64,000 nucleotides of DNA from Eledone cirrhosa (lineage: Eukaryota). Shown here in pieces: positions 51,661 through 64,000 of the stretch (positions within the stretch are counted from its first letter, which is position 1; every line of letters begins with the position of its first letter). A program made the translations under genes and the position numbers. Location of the stretch: assembly GCA_964016885.1 (NCBI GenBank), contig OZ024740.1, positions 163,680,001 through 163,744,000 of the forward strand, read 5' to 3'. Below the pieces are notes generated by a model. It was given only the letters and a program-made list of their open reading frames with translations, did no database searches and was not told where the DNA came from.

Positions 51661-54600
51661 CTCTGACCTGTGTTTATCATCTCCCAAGGGGTTGGTCTGC
51701 CGGGCGTAAACAACTAACCACGGCTTGTCCCAGAGGCGGGAAAGCTCAGATTCGGTTTTGAATCTTCGCCGCCGTTATAGTACCCCTCTTCCAGTGAGAA
51801 AGCTAAAGATTGAACGATCTAGGTGTATGTGAAATGAAGATAGGTATGACTAGGTGTGTTGAAGAAAATCAGTAAAAAATACATGAAAGTCATTTACAAA
51901 CAGGCGAAATGAAAGAAAACATTCAAAGCAAAGCAAATTTACATGCAGGAAAATGTAATGTGATGTTACATAAAATTGAAAATGTTCATATGAAAACTTT
52001 GTTGATTAAAAGTTTGTTCTTTTCATAGAAACGGAAAAATGTTCTTTTGTCTGTTCTTTTGATGTGTATCATGCACAGAGTCAATTGATTTGTGTGTAAC
52101 AATAGTTCATGACCACAGAAATTGGCCGATTCCTTTAAATGTACAAATTAGCCGAAATGTCGACCAGATGCATAATTTGTACTTACCCGATAAACTTGTA
52201 CGTATCGCGTGGGCCATCGAACTGTTCTTCCAGATTTGGTGTGTCGGGGTTGTGCAGAATTTTCCGTGTTTGTGTCGGACAAAGTTGTTGGTGAGTCTGC
52301 TGGAGGAACGGTGGGTACTGGTGGCAAATCCTGTTCTATGAACGCTTTTTTTAAACGGTCAATGGAGACGGTATTTCGTTTCCCGTTCAAGTCGAGGACG
52401 AAATACTTAGGGCATTTCTGTATCACCTTATAGGGCCCGGAATACGGCGGACAAAGTTGCGATGGAATACCGTCATTTCTAACGAAAACATGCGTCCATG
52501 TATCGATGTCTTTTGGTATGTGTGAAGTAACGTGCTGTTGTTTAGGCGCTGAAGGAGACAGCTGCGACATTGATGACCGTAAACGGTGCACATATTTTGT
52601 TGGGTCTGGAAGTTCTTGTGGCGAAACAGGAGCGATCATTTGCCCGGGTAGAGCGAGTACAGTGCCAAGAAGAATGAGTGGGAGGTATTCGAACCAGTTA
52701 GTGGAGTCTGCGTAAGCCTTGATGGCTGCTTTTAGCTGACGGTGGACACGTTCAAGCATGCCGTTAGCTGCCGGGTGATACGCCGTTGTACGGGTATGTT
52801 TACACCCGAGGAGACGAGTCAGCTCGGTAAAGAGGTGCGAATCGAACTGATGTCCTCTATCCGTAGTGATGGTCGCGGGTGTGCCGAAACGCGAAACCCA
52901 GTGAAACACTAGCGTTTTAGCGACAGTTTCCGCAGTAATATCCGTCAGGGGAAAAGCTTCTGGCCAGCGAGAGAATCGGTCGACACAGATGAGAAGTTGA
53001 GAGAAGGAGGTGTAGCAGTTGCCTCCCTTGTGACACTCACAACACCATCTAGACAGGAAGTAGAACCCTTTCTGTAACTTCCGGTCAGAACCCTATAAAA
53101 CTAACAACTTTAAGTTCTCACTCTCTCATTTGCCCTCCCGGCGCCTGGCCTTCGCCAGGCGTCTTCTGCCAGCCTGCGTTTGCCTGGCAATCAAAACGGT
53201 AACTACTAACTTTGCTTCATTCTTTCGTTTATTCATCTTACTCCATGCATGCTTCTTTCGATTTTTATGTTTTAAAAATCTGGCGGGGGATAATGTAGTA
53301 AGAGTTGCCTCCCTTGCCATGACAATCTCATCACCGCTTTCTAGACAGGAAGTAGGTGGAGTTGCTTCCCTTTGGGATTGACAGACTCCCTGGTGGTCAC
53401 TTCCGGTCAACAGATATAAAAGGAGCGGTTTACCACGAAATCGCTCTCTCGCCTCCTGATTCCTGAAGTGGTAACACCTTCGACCTTAGCTTGTGATTCC
53501 TTCTTGACGACCCTTTCGTTACCAAGCTCAATGCAACTTGCAGCCTGAGATGAGAGCCTAAGATGTCTCTACCAACTTCAGCCTTGTATTATGACCATCG
53601 GGTAACAAATCCTTACATTTAATGCCTTTGACTTCCATGAAGTAAAAACTTTATTACCACACACACACCGGTATTTACTGTCTTTTATATTATGTTGCAT
53701 GTACACCGATACCAATTTCCTAAAGAGGCAAAGGTCCAACGATGTCTATGTGCACATGTTGGAACCATGCATCAGGTGTTGCGAAAGAACCGATCGGGGC
53801 TTTGATGTGCCGGTGAATTTTCGCCTTCTGGCACGCGATATAGTTCCTAACCCATTCGCGGGTGTCCTTGTTGATGTTGGGCCACACAAAGCGGGCAACC
53901 ATCAGTTTCTGCGTGGCACGGACGCCAGGATGTGCCAGAGAATGCAGTACCGAAAAAACGTTGCGTCGATGTTTCCGGGGCACGTATGGGCGCTCGTGGA
54001 CTGTGGAGATGTCGCACCAAATATAACCTGAAGAAGAGGGCAGCGGGCATTCCTGCAATTTCAAGGATGATTTCCAGAGCTGTAGCAGTTCCTCGTCATC
54101 CTGTTGATCCGCTGCAATCTTCTGGAGATCGATAGTGGCAGTGGTGTGGATTGCGTTAAGCTCCATGCACGACAGGGCATCAGCTGCTGAGTTGGTGGCA
54201 CCCTTAATGTACCGAATGTCAGTAGTCTACTGAGAAATGAAGTCCAGATGTCGGACCTCCCTGGGTGAGTGGCGATCAGGCTTGGCGTTGAACGCGTACA
54301 CTAGTGGTTTGTGGTCGGTGTATATGGAGAACACACGACCTTCTAGCATGTGTCAAAAATGCTTGACAGCAAGGTATGCTGCCAATAATTCACGACTGAA
54401 TGTGCTGTACTGAGTTTCGGCGGGTTTTAATCGCTTAGAGAAAAAAGATACAGGTCGCCAAATATCGCCAGAGAGGGGTAACTCAGCATTGTATCCTCAG
54501 ACAACATTTTATTCAACTCAGCAAAAGCAGCACATTCTTTTTCGCTGAGATTGATATTCGCATTTTTGGTTGTACGCTGCCGCAGCAAATCTGTGAGCGG

Positions 54601-55186
54601 TTGGGATGCCTCTGCACAGTGGGGTATAAATCTTCTGTAGAAGTTCACCAGGCCAAGAAATTCTCGCAGTTTGCGGAGAGATGTAGGTTGTGGAAAATCA
54701 ATGATGGATTTGACTTTCTCCTTAAGTGGGCGAAAGCCACCTTCATCAATGATGTGTCCCAGAAAATGAAGGGACGCAACTCCGAACTCACATTTGCTGG
54801 GGTTGATAACAATTCCATATTCAGGCAAACGTTCGAATAGCAGGTCCAGGTGCCTCTCATGTTCTTCATCGGAGCCGCTGGCCACCAGTAAGTCGTCGAT
54901 GTATGCGTATACAAAAGGTAGACCTCTGGTGACTGTATCAATGAACCATTGGAATGTCTGCGCTGTATTACGCAAACCGAAAGGCATACGCAGGAATTCG
55001 AACATTCCAAAGGGTGTTGTGACGGCGGTCTTCGGAATAGGTATCTAATTGTAGATAGCGAGACCAGTGGAGTTGTCAACGAGTTGTTGGTTTTTCAGGT
55101 CCACTAGCAGTGAGAAGCGCTGAAGAAAATCAGGGGTCGGCAGCTTAGCCACAACGAATACCCACTGGAAAGGGCGGCGTAGTCCT
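51661..55186 (-). mobile_element. 3' part of the same Gypsy family in opposite orientation: RT, RNase H, integrase, PPT, partial 3' LTR
   Basis: RMPFGLRN, YIDDLL, LAHPG..C..C and [32 protein letters not shown] at ~51782-51794. 51661-51779 is the reverse complement of the start of the 49345 LTR. Confidence 0.9.
53000..53720 (+). mobile_element. Composite LTR insertion splitting the integrase
   Basis: Purine tract plus TGTAGCAG LTR piece (53011-~53225, matching the 55351-55691 LTR), then PPT GGCGGGGGA and a second LTR starting at 53294. Integrase text HIDIVGPLP / [14 protein letters not shown] lies on either side. Confidence 0.7.
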
Positions 55187-55350
55187 AAATTAGTTTACGG
55201 CTTAATTCGGGCTGTTTGTTTACAAACAAACCGAACATTATAATAAATGTTCGGTAAACCCATACGTACATATATATATATGTGTGCATGTATGTATGTA
55301 TATACATACTACTGTACGTCTGTATACATATATGTATGTACGTATACATA

Positions 55351-55691
55351 TATAGCGAAGATACTGGGTTGTATGAATGTAACAAGGAGACATGGTTTGT
55401 ATGTATAATATTTAATTAACAATCATGGATATATATAGAACAGTATAGTTGTCATGTCAAAGTAATTGATGATAGAATGAAGCAAAGTTAGTAGTTACCG
55501 TTTTGATTGCCAGGCAAACGCGAGACGCCTGGCGAAGGCCAGGCGCCGGAAGGGCAAATGAGAGGCAGAGAACTTAAAGTTGTTAGCTTTATAGGGTTCT
55601 GACCGGAAGTTACAGAAAGGGTTCTACTTCCCGTCTAGATGTTGTTAATCTATTGGGGTTGTGAGTCACAACAAGGGAGGCCACTGCTACA
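55351..55691 (-). mobile_element. Solo LTR
   Basis: TGTAGC...GCTATA termini on the minus strand, with 4-bp TSD CATA. The empty site is preserved in the duplicate at ~56119-56130. Confidence 0.85.
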
Positions 55692-55874
55692 CATACTTAT
55701 ATTTAAGTATCAGCCGTACTAAGAGTGAGAAATGAAATTTCATTTTTTCCATTTATCGTTTTCGGTACGCCCGGCTGACTAACTCATTCGATATACAAAT
55801 TAGGCTGCTCAGCCGTTAATATGCACAAGAAAGTATATACTTTCAAACGTTCAATCGATTGACAGGAAGGTTAT

Positions 55875-55917
55875 ACGGTGCTGATGACAGCTAATAAGCT
55901 AGAAACTAGTTCATCGT
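55875..55917 (+). ncRNA. Minimal type I hammerhead ribozyme
   Basis: ACGGUG-CUGAUGA-C-AGCU(aaua)AGCU-A-GAA-AC(ua)GU-U^CAUCGU. Helix I has 6 bp, helix III is palindromic (ACUAGU), and the triplet is GUU. Confidence 0.8.
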
Positions 55918-56126
55918 TCCTTTGTCAGTGTTGAACAAAAAGGCAACAATGGTTGCCGAACACTGTACGGCTTAATTCGGGCTGTTTGTTTACAAACAAA
56001 CCGAACATTATAATAAATGTTCGGTAAACCCATACGTACATATATATATGTGTGCATGTATGTATGTATGTATGTATATACATACTACTGTACGTCTGTA
56101 TACATATATGTATGTACGTATACATA

Positions 56127-56178
<52 letters not shown>

Positions 56179-57356
56179 TGTGTGTGTGTGTGTGTGTGCA
56201 TGTATATATATATATAATCATCATCATCATCATCGTTTAACTTCCATTTTCCACGCTAGCATGGGTAGGACATGCTGTCCTGTTGTGAGATATCCAGGTC
56301 GGAGGACCGTGTTTTGCTCACACAGAACTGATGTGGGAGTATGCTCGCGCATGTGGTCAAATTTCTTCCTATTCAACTCTTATAGGCAGTTTTCTCTGTA
56401 TTTTATTAGTACCGAGGTAGTGTGAGTGAAGGGAAATTACTACAACTGAAAAGAGAAATTCAGTTAAGGTCACCAGGAGTTTATCACAGCATTGTGGTTG
56501 CTTACCCACTTCGATTACTGTGTTTTTAGAATATGATCTCCAAATTAAATGTACATTAAAAACAAATAATTTTATGCCCTATTTGTAACATATTAATGTT
56601 TTTATTCATTTGTGACCAAGAAAATATTCCATTAAACACTTAGGTGATGAGTAAGCAGTTACGTCCCTTGAACTATGGTTTCCTTGGTAACAAGATAACA
56701 ATGACTACTATTAATTATTTTTGAAAATGCGAAATAAGTTGTTTTAGTTCCTTAACAGTCTCTTGTATTTCTTTTTAAAAAATACTATTCCGAAGTACTA
56801 TTCTTTTAGAATACGCTAATACTTTTATATTTTAAAAAATTACGCTTATTTATTACAAGAAAAATGAGGCGAAGACTAAACATATAAACAAAGTTTACCG
56901 GAATGTTTTGAAAGAGTACCTTTAACTTATACGTCGTCTTATCTTTGATCGCAGAAAAATATACTACTAAAAAATCGATTCTTGTGTATTAAAAAAAAAT
57001 ATTCGAAATGGCATTAATGCCTTATGAGAATGTATTGCAAATATATAATGATTAGAGCAGAAAACTTATTTAATTTTAACCCATTTAGGAAAAGGTTTAA
57101 GTAAAGCCTATAGGTTGTCATTTAACAAAAGTTAACGGAAACAACTTAAAACACCTACTAAATTCTACAAAAGAACGAATTTAACACACCATTACTCAGT
57201 AAGTATAATTATTGAGCAGCATAATGACCAAGTTTTCTATTTTTTAAACATTGTTGTCAAATTGAACGCCTAATTTTCATTGAGGTCATGAATGAAGACA
57301 CATTTCACAAAAAGTTTTCATTTCTCGTATATTAAATGTTCTCTTTCATCTAGTCT

Positions 57357-57555
57357 GACACCTGTCAACTCTCCCCGTCGGGCGGGCGATCTCCTATTCA
57401 TTCCGGGGCGAATGAGAGAAATTGTGAATATACTTGTGAAAATAAGTATAGCGTTCATTATGTAAAATCTCCCCTCTTTTGCCTCATTTCTCCCCATTTT
57501 GAGGCATTTTTTTCATGATACTCCCCGTTTGTGTTTTTAGAGATTGGCAGGTCTG
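57357..57555. mobile_element. MITE of the 7-326 family
   Basis: CCTGTCAACTCTCC...AGATTGGCAGGTCTG, flanked by TAGTCT/CAGTCT. Confidence 0.7.
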
Positions 57556-58037
57556 CAGTCTATTCATATTTTATACTTGCTGTCTTCGTTGCATTTTCAA
57601 GTGTGTTTTTCCATACTTAGCATAAGTGAACGGATCTGCAGTAAAATAGTTTTCTGTGGATCTCGATCCTGCTCAAATTACCTTGGTAGTTTTGTCAGCC
57701 TTATTTCTGATATAACTGCTACATTATCCCGAGTTCTTTAACCAACTTCTGTCGTTGCTCTCCATCAACAAACCTCATAAGAGTTCATTCAACAGGCACT
57801 GTACCAGTGCAATCATTTCTTCGTCAATGTTTTATTCTAAGCAGTTTTCTCAATTCTTTTACTTCAAACTTGTCATTGAAGTTGACATAATGTAACCACC
57901 ATCAATCTGCACACAACTCAGTTCTGACTTGCCATTGCTCATCTTTCATTGTCCAACATCATAAAAGCATAGTTATTTCCTGACTCAGATATTTTACAGT
58001 TAATTTCTCTCCACAATACCATCAGTAAAACTTCAGT

Positions 58038-58429
58038 AATAATTGTTTCTACTTTAGGCACAAGGCCAGCAATTACCTAGTACATTACTGGTACTTTATT
58101 TTATCGACCCCATAAGGATGAAAGGCAAAGTTAACCTCGGCGGGATTTGAACTCAGACTGTAAAGGGACATAACTATACTAGAAAGCATGGCGTCCAACC
58201 CTCTACCGATACTGCCAATTCACCGCCCTTTCAGTAATAATTGTTTCTACTTTTGGCACAAGGCCAGCAATTATCTCAGTACATTACTGGTACTTTATTT
58301 TATCGAGCCCGTAAGGATGAAAGGCAAAGTTAACCTCGGCGGGATTTGAACTCAGAATGGCAAGGGCCGTAACTTTATGCGTCAAAGCATGGCGTCCGAC
58401 CCTCTACCGATACTGCCAATTCACCGCCC
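58038..58429 (-). mobile_element. Two tandem Nin-like SINEs
   Basis: Copies at 58038-58228 and 58236-58429, separated and flanked by TTCAGTAATAAT. Confidence 0.9.
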
Positions 58430-59014
58430 TTTCAGTAATAATACCTGTTATCTTACAATTCTTGTAAGCTTTTAAACCAACTCATGTAGGTTAACAATTC
58501 ATTTTCTGAAATAATGGTTACATTTTGGAAGTCTATGTGTAGGTGAGTTGATAAAAGACAAAAGAATCAGCTACAAGAGTGATTGTTCATATATTACAAG
58601 TTCAGTTGTTAGCTGACAGGACACCGTATCCTTCAAAACTTCCATGCTTCCAAAAAGTCGCCAATACTACACTTGATATTCCCCCTCCATACACACGCAT
58701 GTATGCATCTGTGTGTATATCATGACTCATACACTGTTCACTTTCCTGACATTTGTACATTATTCTATGTACCTTACATGCACCTTTGATGTGTTGTAGT
58801 GCACCTGAGCACTGTACAAAATAATTTTCATTATTATTATTATTATTGGAATCTCAGTCATTGATGTTATTTAACTTGAAAGTTTGTTCAAATGAACATC
58901 AAACCACTACCTGCAGACTCAGATATTCAGGATGTATCAGAGGGTTCTTGCTATTCCCAGCAAGCATACCTTTTGAAGTGTTCCAAAAAAGGGAGCTGGA
59001 CTAATGTTCTTTAA

Positions 59015-59222
59015 CCCTTTAACATTTAAACCGGCCATATCCGACCAAAATTCTTTCACCTCTTTCTGCTCAAACTGGCTGTAACTGGCTGCTCATACTG
59101 ATATTAATGTATAGTTCTCAAAATAAATAATATCAAAAGCTCATAGATTCGATATTATGTGAGATAAAGCCTTTTATGTGAAAATATAATAGTAAATATA
59201 GATTAATGTGAATGCTAAAGGG
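59015..59222. mobile_element. piggyBac-type MITE
   Basis: TTAA|CCCTTTAACATT...AATGCTAAAGGG|TTAA. Homologous to 24461-24650. Confidence 0.85.
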
Positions 59223-59295
59223 TTAAACATCCTTGAAATCTCTTTGAGATAGTACCTAGTGCTCCTATATTATTATTATTATTATTATTATTATT

Positions 59296-62200
59296 GAATG
59301 CCATGGTTGACAGAGGCTCAGCTCTGTAAGGGATTGTAAGTTTTAACCGTTATAACAATTGTAAATTGTTTAAAACTTGCACAAAATTGTTGATAAAGAC
59401 ACCCTCCTCCTCGTGAGAGGGATCTTTCTGCCCGTTATTTAGCCCTTCGGGGTTAAATAACCAGTTATTGGGGATTTGTGCCCAATATTCATTTTAAACC
59501 GTAAAAAAACATGGCTACAAAAAAGAATTTTCACAAGTCACTCCCACTCCTTCCGTCTTCTTCTTCCCCAATCGTCATTACGTCAGAGAAAAGATTGTCT
59601 CTCTCCCTCCCTTCTCTAAATGTGGTGTCGCCTCTTTCGCAAGCGACGCTATTAAAGAAAAAGAAAAATGTAGTTTCTCGTAGCGTTCTTCATCAAGAGA
59701 ACGCGTGTGCCGTGGAACATTTCCCCACGACGCCGCCGATGAAAGATGTGTGCGGTAAATACGGAAAGCCATTTCATTTGTCTGACGTCATGAAGAATAG
59801 CAGCAGCAACCGTAATAACAGCAGCAGCAGCAACAGTGGCGACAAAAATACTAGTAGCAGCCGCAACAACATCAGCAGCAGCATAAACAGCAACAGCAGC
59901 AACAACAACAACAACAACAGCAGCAGCTGCAGCGGCGGTCGTAGTACCAGCAGCAACAACAAAAGTAACAGCAGCTCTGACGACAACAACAACAACAAGA
60001 AAGAAAAACCAATCTCGTTTGCTGGTATTGCAAAGAACCTGGAAACCATCCTTATATCAAATGAAGAATTACAGGAAGCAAGGAAGATGGTGACGAAAAT
60101 CGGACACCGAGTAATCTGCAAGGCAGCCAAAGAAATCCACTGTACGGTCACGTACCATACAGTAAGCACAAAATCACGTAGGGTTGAAAGAGCCACAGAG
60201 GCTCAAATACAAAAAGCTTTAGGCTCTGTGTGACAGTGGAAAACGCATATCATCCGAGGCAAGAAATATGCCACCGTGGACGTGGTTTTTGCCACACCCC
60301 AGGAGGCAAAGGCTCAATCCTTAGTGACCCTAAGGAGCAAGGAAATGGTGTTGGTGCCCTCCTACTGCGGGCAAAATATTGTGAGGGTCAAACTGACCCA
60401 GGTCCTCCCCCGGGATGGCTCCTTCTTGGCTGGCCGCGTCTGTCCTCGTCGGAATCGAGGACAAAACAACTGTACTGCAAGTACAGAAAAAGTACGAGAA
60501 GATTGGGTCGGCGCCTCCATTGAGATGTTAATCCAAACCAACCAGGAGTGTATCGAAGGTATCTCGGATGTGATAGATTTCAATAATGGCACTCAACTTC
60601 CCATAAGTGTTGAGGGCAAACGCCCGAAATGCTTTTGCTGTGGGTTGAAGACTCACCTCTAGGCCTTCTGCAATGAGAAGACCCTGAGAAAATAGAAAAC
60701 CCCCCTCCTTCTGAAAGGAACAACAACAGTAATACCAACTGCAGCTGCAACCATCACCAACAAGAACAAGTGAAAAAGTGGAGCTGGTACCCCTCCCCGA
60801 CCTCACAGAATCGGACATGGAGTGTGGGAGAGGGATGGCAAAAGGTCGCAAGAAGGCACAAACGCAGAAGCAGCGCATCGTCGCCTTCGAAAAGGGAGGA
60901 AAGAAATGAAAAAAGGGTAAAGGCTACTGCAAAGAGACTTACAGCAGCAACACCATCACCACCCACACTAGCACTACCATCACCACCTGCGGCAACCGCA
61001 CCACCAACAACAACATCGCAAACACAACAACAACATCGCAAACACAACAACAAAACACACACACGCAGCAACGACAAGAAAATAGCAAAACCACACCTCA
61101 CCCGCAAAAAAAGAAATGCACAGCAATAAATACACACAACAAGAAACTAATGACTTACATAATTGAACACACAGACATTTCACAGCACAACTACATAATA
61201 CCAGCAACAATCAAAACACCAACGAACATAAGACTGGTAAGAATATCACTGAAACAATACATTAACATTAAAATGAAATTCCCCAATGCAGTTGGTGATT
61301 TCAGTGACCTAGGTGGGACACTCAACCGGAGAGTATACTCGGATATACTCACAGAAGAGCCGACGACCAGCCGAAGGGACGGTTCAACGGTCCCTTCACC
61401 AGATGATCAAGATAAGTGATCCTTTCTCACTTGCCCCGTTCCTCACCCAACATGGCCGTATTCAGGATCGGAAGTGTAAACGTGCGTGGCTTGAGCTCGG
61501 TTTGGAAGCAGGGTCACTTGCTTAACGGCTTCAGGTCACTAAACATAGATGTGGTGGCCATCAGCGAGACGAGAATCTCCGAAATGCAAGCTTTCGCACC
61601 AATCTTTGACGATTACCAGGTGTACGCATCTCCAAGCCGTCCGGGAGCGGGGGACGGAGTTGCTGTGTTGTTTCGGAATGGCTTGGGTCTCGCCATACGG
61701 ACCATCTTCCTGGACCAAGAAGGTAAGTCGGTGGTGCTGGACGTGAACGGCACCAAAGGCAACGCTTTCAGGCTAGTAGCCATCTATGCCCCGACAGGGA
61801 CAGGATGGCCAGATTTCTTCAGACGTCTACTAGAGACCTTTCTGGGAACATCCCACTCTTTAGTGTTAGTCGGCGACTGGAACGGTATCTTGGATGCATG
61901 CTGGGATTGTGTGGGGCTAGTGGATAGGTGAGGAGGGTGCAAGAGCCTCACCAACCTGCTCAGACGTTTTGAACTGTCTGACAGGTATCAACTGGATCAC
62001 CCGAATGTGCCAATGTGGACATGGACAAACCGCATCGGGTTATCCAGATTGTATCTCGATAGGGTATTCTGCAGGGAACTAGATAAGGCTAGTATAGGTT
62101 GTCCACAATTTAAAATAGTCGACTACACAGACCACAAATTTGTGATCTGTGTGATCAACATAGACAGACTTAATAGACAAAGACCTGGTAATTGGAAGCT

Positions 62201-64000
62201 GAACACGTCTTTCCCGGCGCGCAAAGCCTACAGAGAACGGATTAGCGTATTAGTTAAGCGTGCGTTGACGGGAGCGGTCGTCAACAACAGGTGGTGGTTT
62301 GCCCTGAAAAGGGCAATGAAAGTAGAGTCGATTAGGTTCAGCAAAGGAGTAGCGATAGAGGAAAATAGAGTAGAGGGAGAGCTAGTCAGAAAGCTAGAAG
62401 AGGCGTTTAGGACAGGCATCACAACCGTCGTGTTTGCGGCGAGATTGGCACTCGACCAATTCTTCAACGCAAAACATGAAGGCTGCGTTGTCAGAGCTAG
62501 AGCGCGTGCTCTGAAACACGAGGGGATGAGAGCCGTCCAATGGACCCAGGTGGCAGAGGCGTGACGTGACAACAAAGCCACAATTCGGTCTTTGACCAAA
62601 ACGGGTGCGTGTTACTCGAACCCAAGCAGATGTGTGAAGCTTTTCAGCAGCACTTTGCTGAACTGTTCGGGAGCGGCGGCGTCCCGGATCGGGGTATGGA
62701 CTTCAGTACATACCTCGATGGACTGCCTCAGCTCTCGACGATGAAATACGGGAAGCGATGGTTAACTGCACGAGGGATAAATCGCCAGATTTGGATGGTC
62801 TGCCCTACGAGCTTTATGCATTTATGCCAGACTTGTTCGGTGACCTCTTGGCAGACATCTACTGCAACTGGCAGCAAAACGGGAGCATTCCCACTTTTGT
62901 GAGCTGGAGAGCGGTGACGCTGCTGAGAAAAGACCTGAACAAGGGGGATGTTATCGATAACTTCAGGCCCATAACTCTGCTAAACGCAGAGTTCAAGATT
63001 TTGGCCAAGGCGTTAGCAACGAGGTTGGCACTTGTCATTGAGGGTCTGGTGGGAGAGGCTCAGACATGCGCCATTCCGGACAGATCCATACACGATAACC
63101 TCCACCTCATGCGATACATCGTAGAGAGGGTGGTTAATGAACCTGGCACGATAGGGTCGACCATTGGTACCTGGCGGTGGTCCTCGAGGCTGCCGGTTTT
63201 GGACACGTTTCAGGGGTTGGATCGCTGCGATGTACAGCGACATCTGCACATTTGTGAGGGTGAACGGTCACCTGTCGCAGCCGTTCATGCGCTCAGTCCA
63301 CCAGGGTTGTCCCCTCTTGTCCCTCTTGTACGTATTGGCTCTCGAGCCATTACTGCACAAACTGGGGGCGATGAGGGGCATCCCACGTGAACTAGGATGC
63401 GGGAAATCCAAGTCGGCTTGCGCCGACGACGTCACCGTGGTGGTGTCGAGCACCAGACATGTCCAGATGCTCAGCACCGCTCTCAAGGAATACAAAGCGG
63501 TGACAGGAGCAAAGATAAACCAGGAAAAGTCGGTGGGCTTGCAGCTCGGCACCTGGAGAGGCAAGTCCATGCCGTCCGACAGCGTCATGGGGGTGTTGGA
63601 CGGACGGACCGGTTAAATTGCTTGGGGTCTGGTTCGGACCGGACCTCCAGATGGAGATAAAGTGGAGCAAGGTGACGAGCAGGGTGGCCTCCCTCACCCA
63701 GAAATGAGCCGAGAAGAAGCTGTCCCTGAAAGGCCGGGCGGAGGTGCCGAATGCGTACATCGCATCCATCATCTGCTACTGCCTCACCGTCATCCCTTGC
63801 CCCGGCCCAACTCTCACCAAAATGGAGCGCCTCCTCTTCCGCTTTTTGTAGAAGGGACGTGCTCCCATAGTCAGACGATCCATCTGCTGTCAACACCCGT
63901 TGCGTGGAGGACTGGGTATGCCATGGCTGATGATGCGCAAACATGCGCTGAGGCTGCGACATCTCTGGTGCTTCCTTGATGGTGAACAGGTGTGATCGCC
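59296..64000 (+). mobile_element. Tx1/L1-clade LINE, apparently 5'-complete, degraded, truncated by the window end
   Basis: Starts right after a (TAT)n tract. ORF1 begins at 59511 and has a CCHC knuckle (CFCCGLKTHL..C). ORF2 begins at ~61452 with an APE domain (SVNVRGL, ISET, IYAP, VGDWN, YLDR, TDH) and an RT (KSPDLDGLPYE, NFRPITLLN, QGCPL, ADD). Confidence 0.9.

Larger units (their letters stand above)
55197..56130 (+). mobile_element. Non-coding tandem unit with a hammerhead (Penelope pLTR or non-LTR retrozyme-like)
   Basis: 55197-55350 is repeated at 55967-~56128. The unit is ~425 bp after removing the nested solo LTR and carries one hammerhead. Confidence 0.65.

Noticed and set aside
57600-57960. 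Possible decayed DNA-transposon coding sequence on the minus strand
   Set aside because: Too many stops and no diagnostic motif that I can name.
59400-59426. UCCUCGU loop suggesting an HDV-like ribozyme
   Set aside because: I could not build P1, P1.1 or P3 pairings.
59774-60196. Poly-Leu membrane protein ORF
   Set aside because: Antisense of the (AGC)/(AAC) repeats in the LINE ORF1.

Overview
AT-rich eukaryotic genomic DNA. The dense (TA)n/(CA)n microsatellites and the SINE families suggest a cephalopod such as Octopus; this is an inference. Most of the window is transposon-derived. Two host genes are supported: an intronless threonine aspartase (TASP1-like, 21380-22552, +) and a five-exon gene that I assembled from phase-consistent GT-AG junctions (27320-46290, +, 312 aa, family not recognised). 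Mobile elements include a degraded RepHel Helitron, a small non-autonomous Helitron, several Penelope-like remnants, a CRE-type RLE retroposon, several RTE LINE relics, a Tx1/L1-type LINE running off the window end, rearranged CsRN1-type Gypsy copies, a non-coding tandem/fold-back LTR element, solo LTRs, many tRNA-derived SINEs, and hAT/piggyBac MITEs. The most notable signal not shown by the ORF track is a set of minimal type I hammerhead ribozyme folds in at least three, probably four, unrelated repeat units (1864-1906 with its mirror 1063-1105, 3641-3734, 55875-55917, and a degenerate one at 2752-2806). Three of these units are stacked in one (TA)n array, and one lies in a non-coding retrozyme-like tandem unit. 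Large fold-back inverted repeats, some inside an intron of the unrecognised gene, are a second recurring theme.
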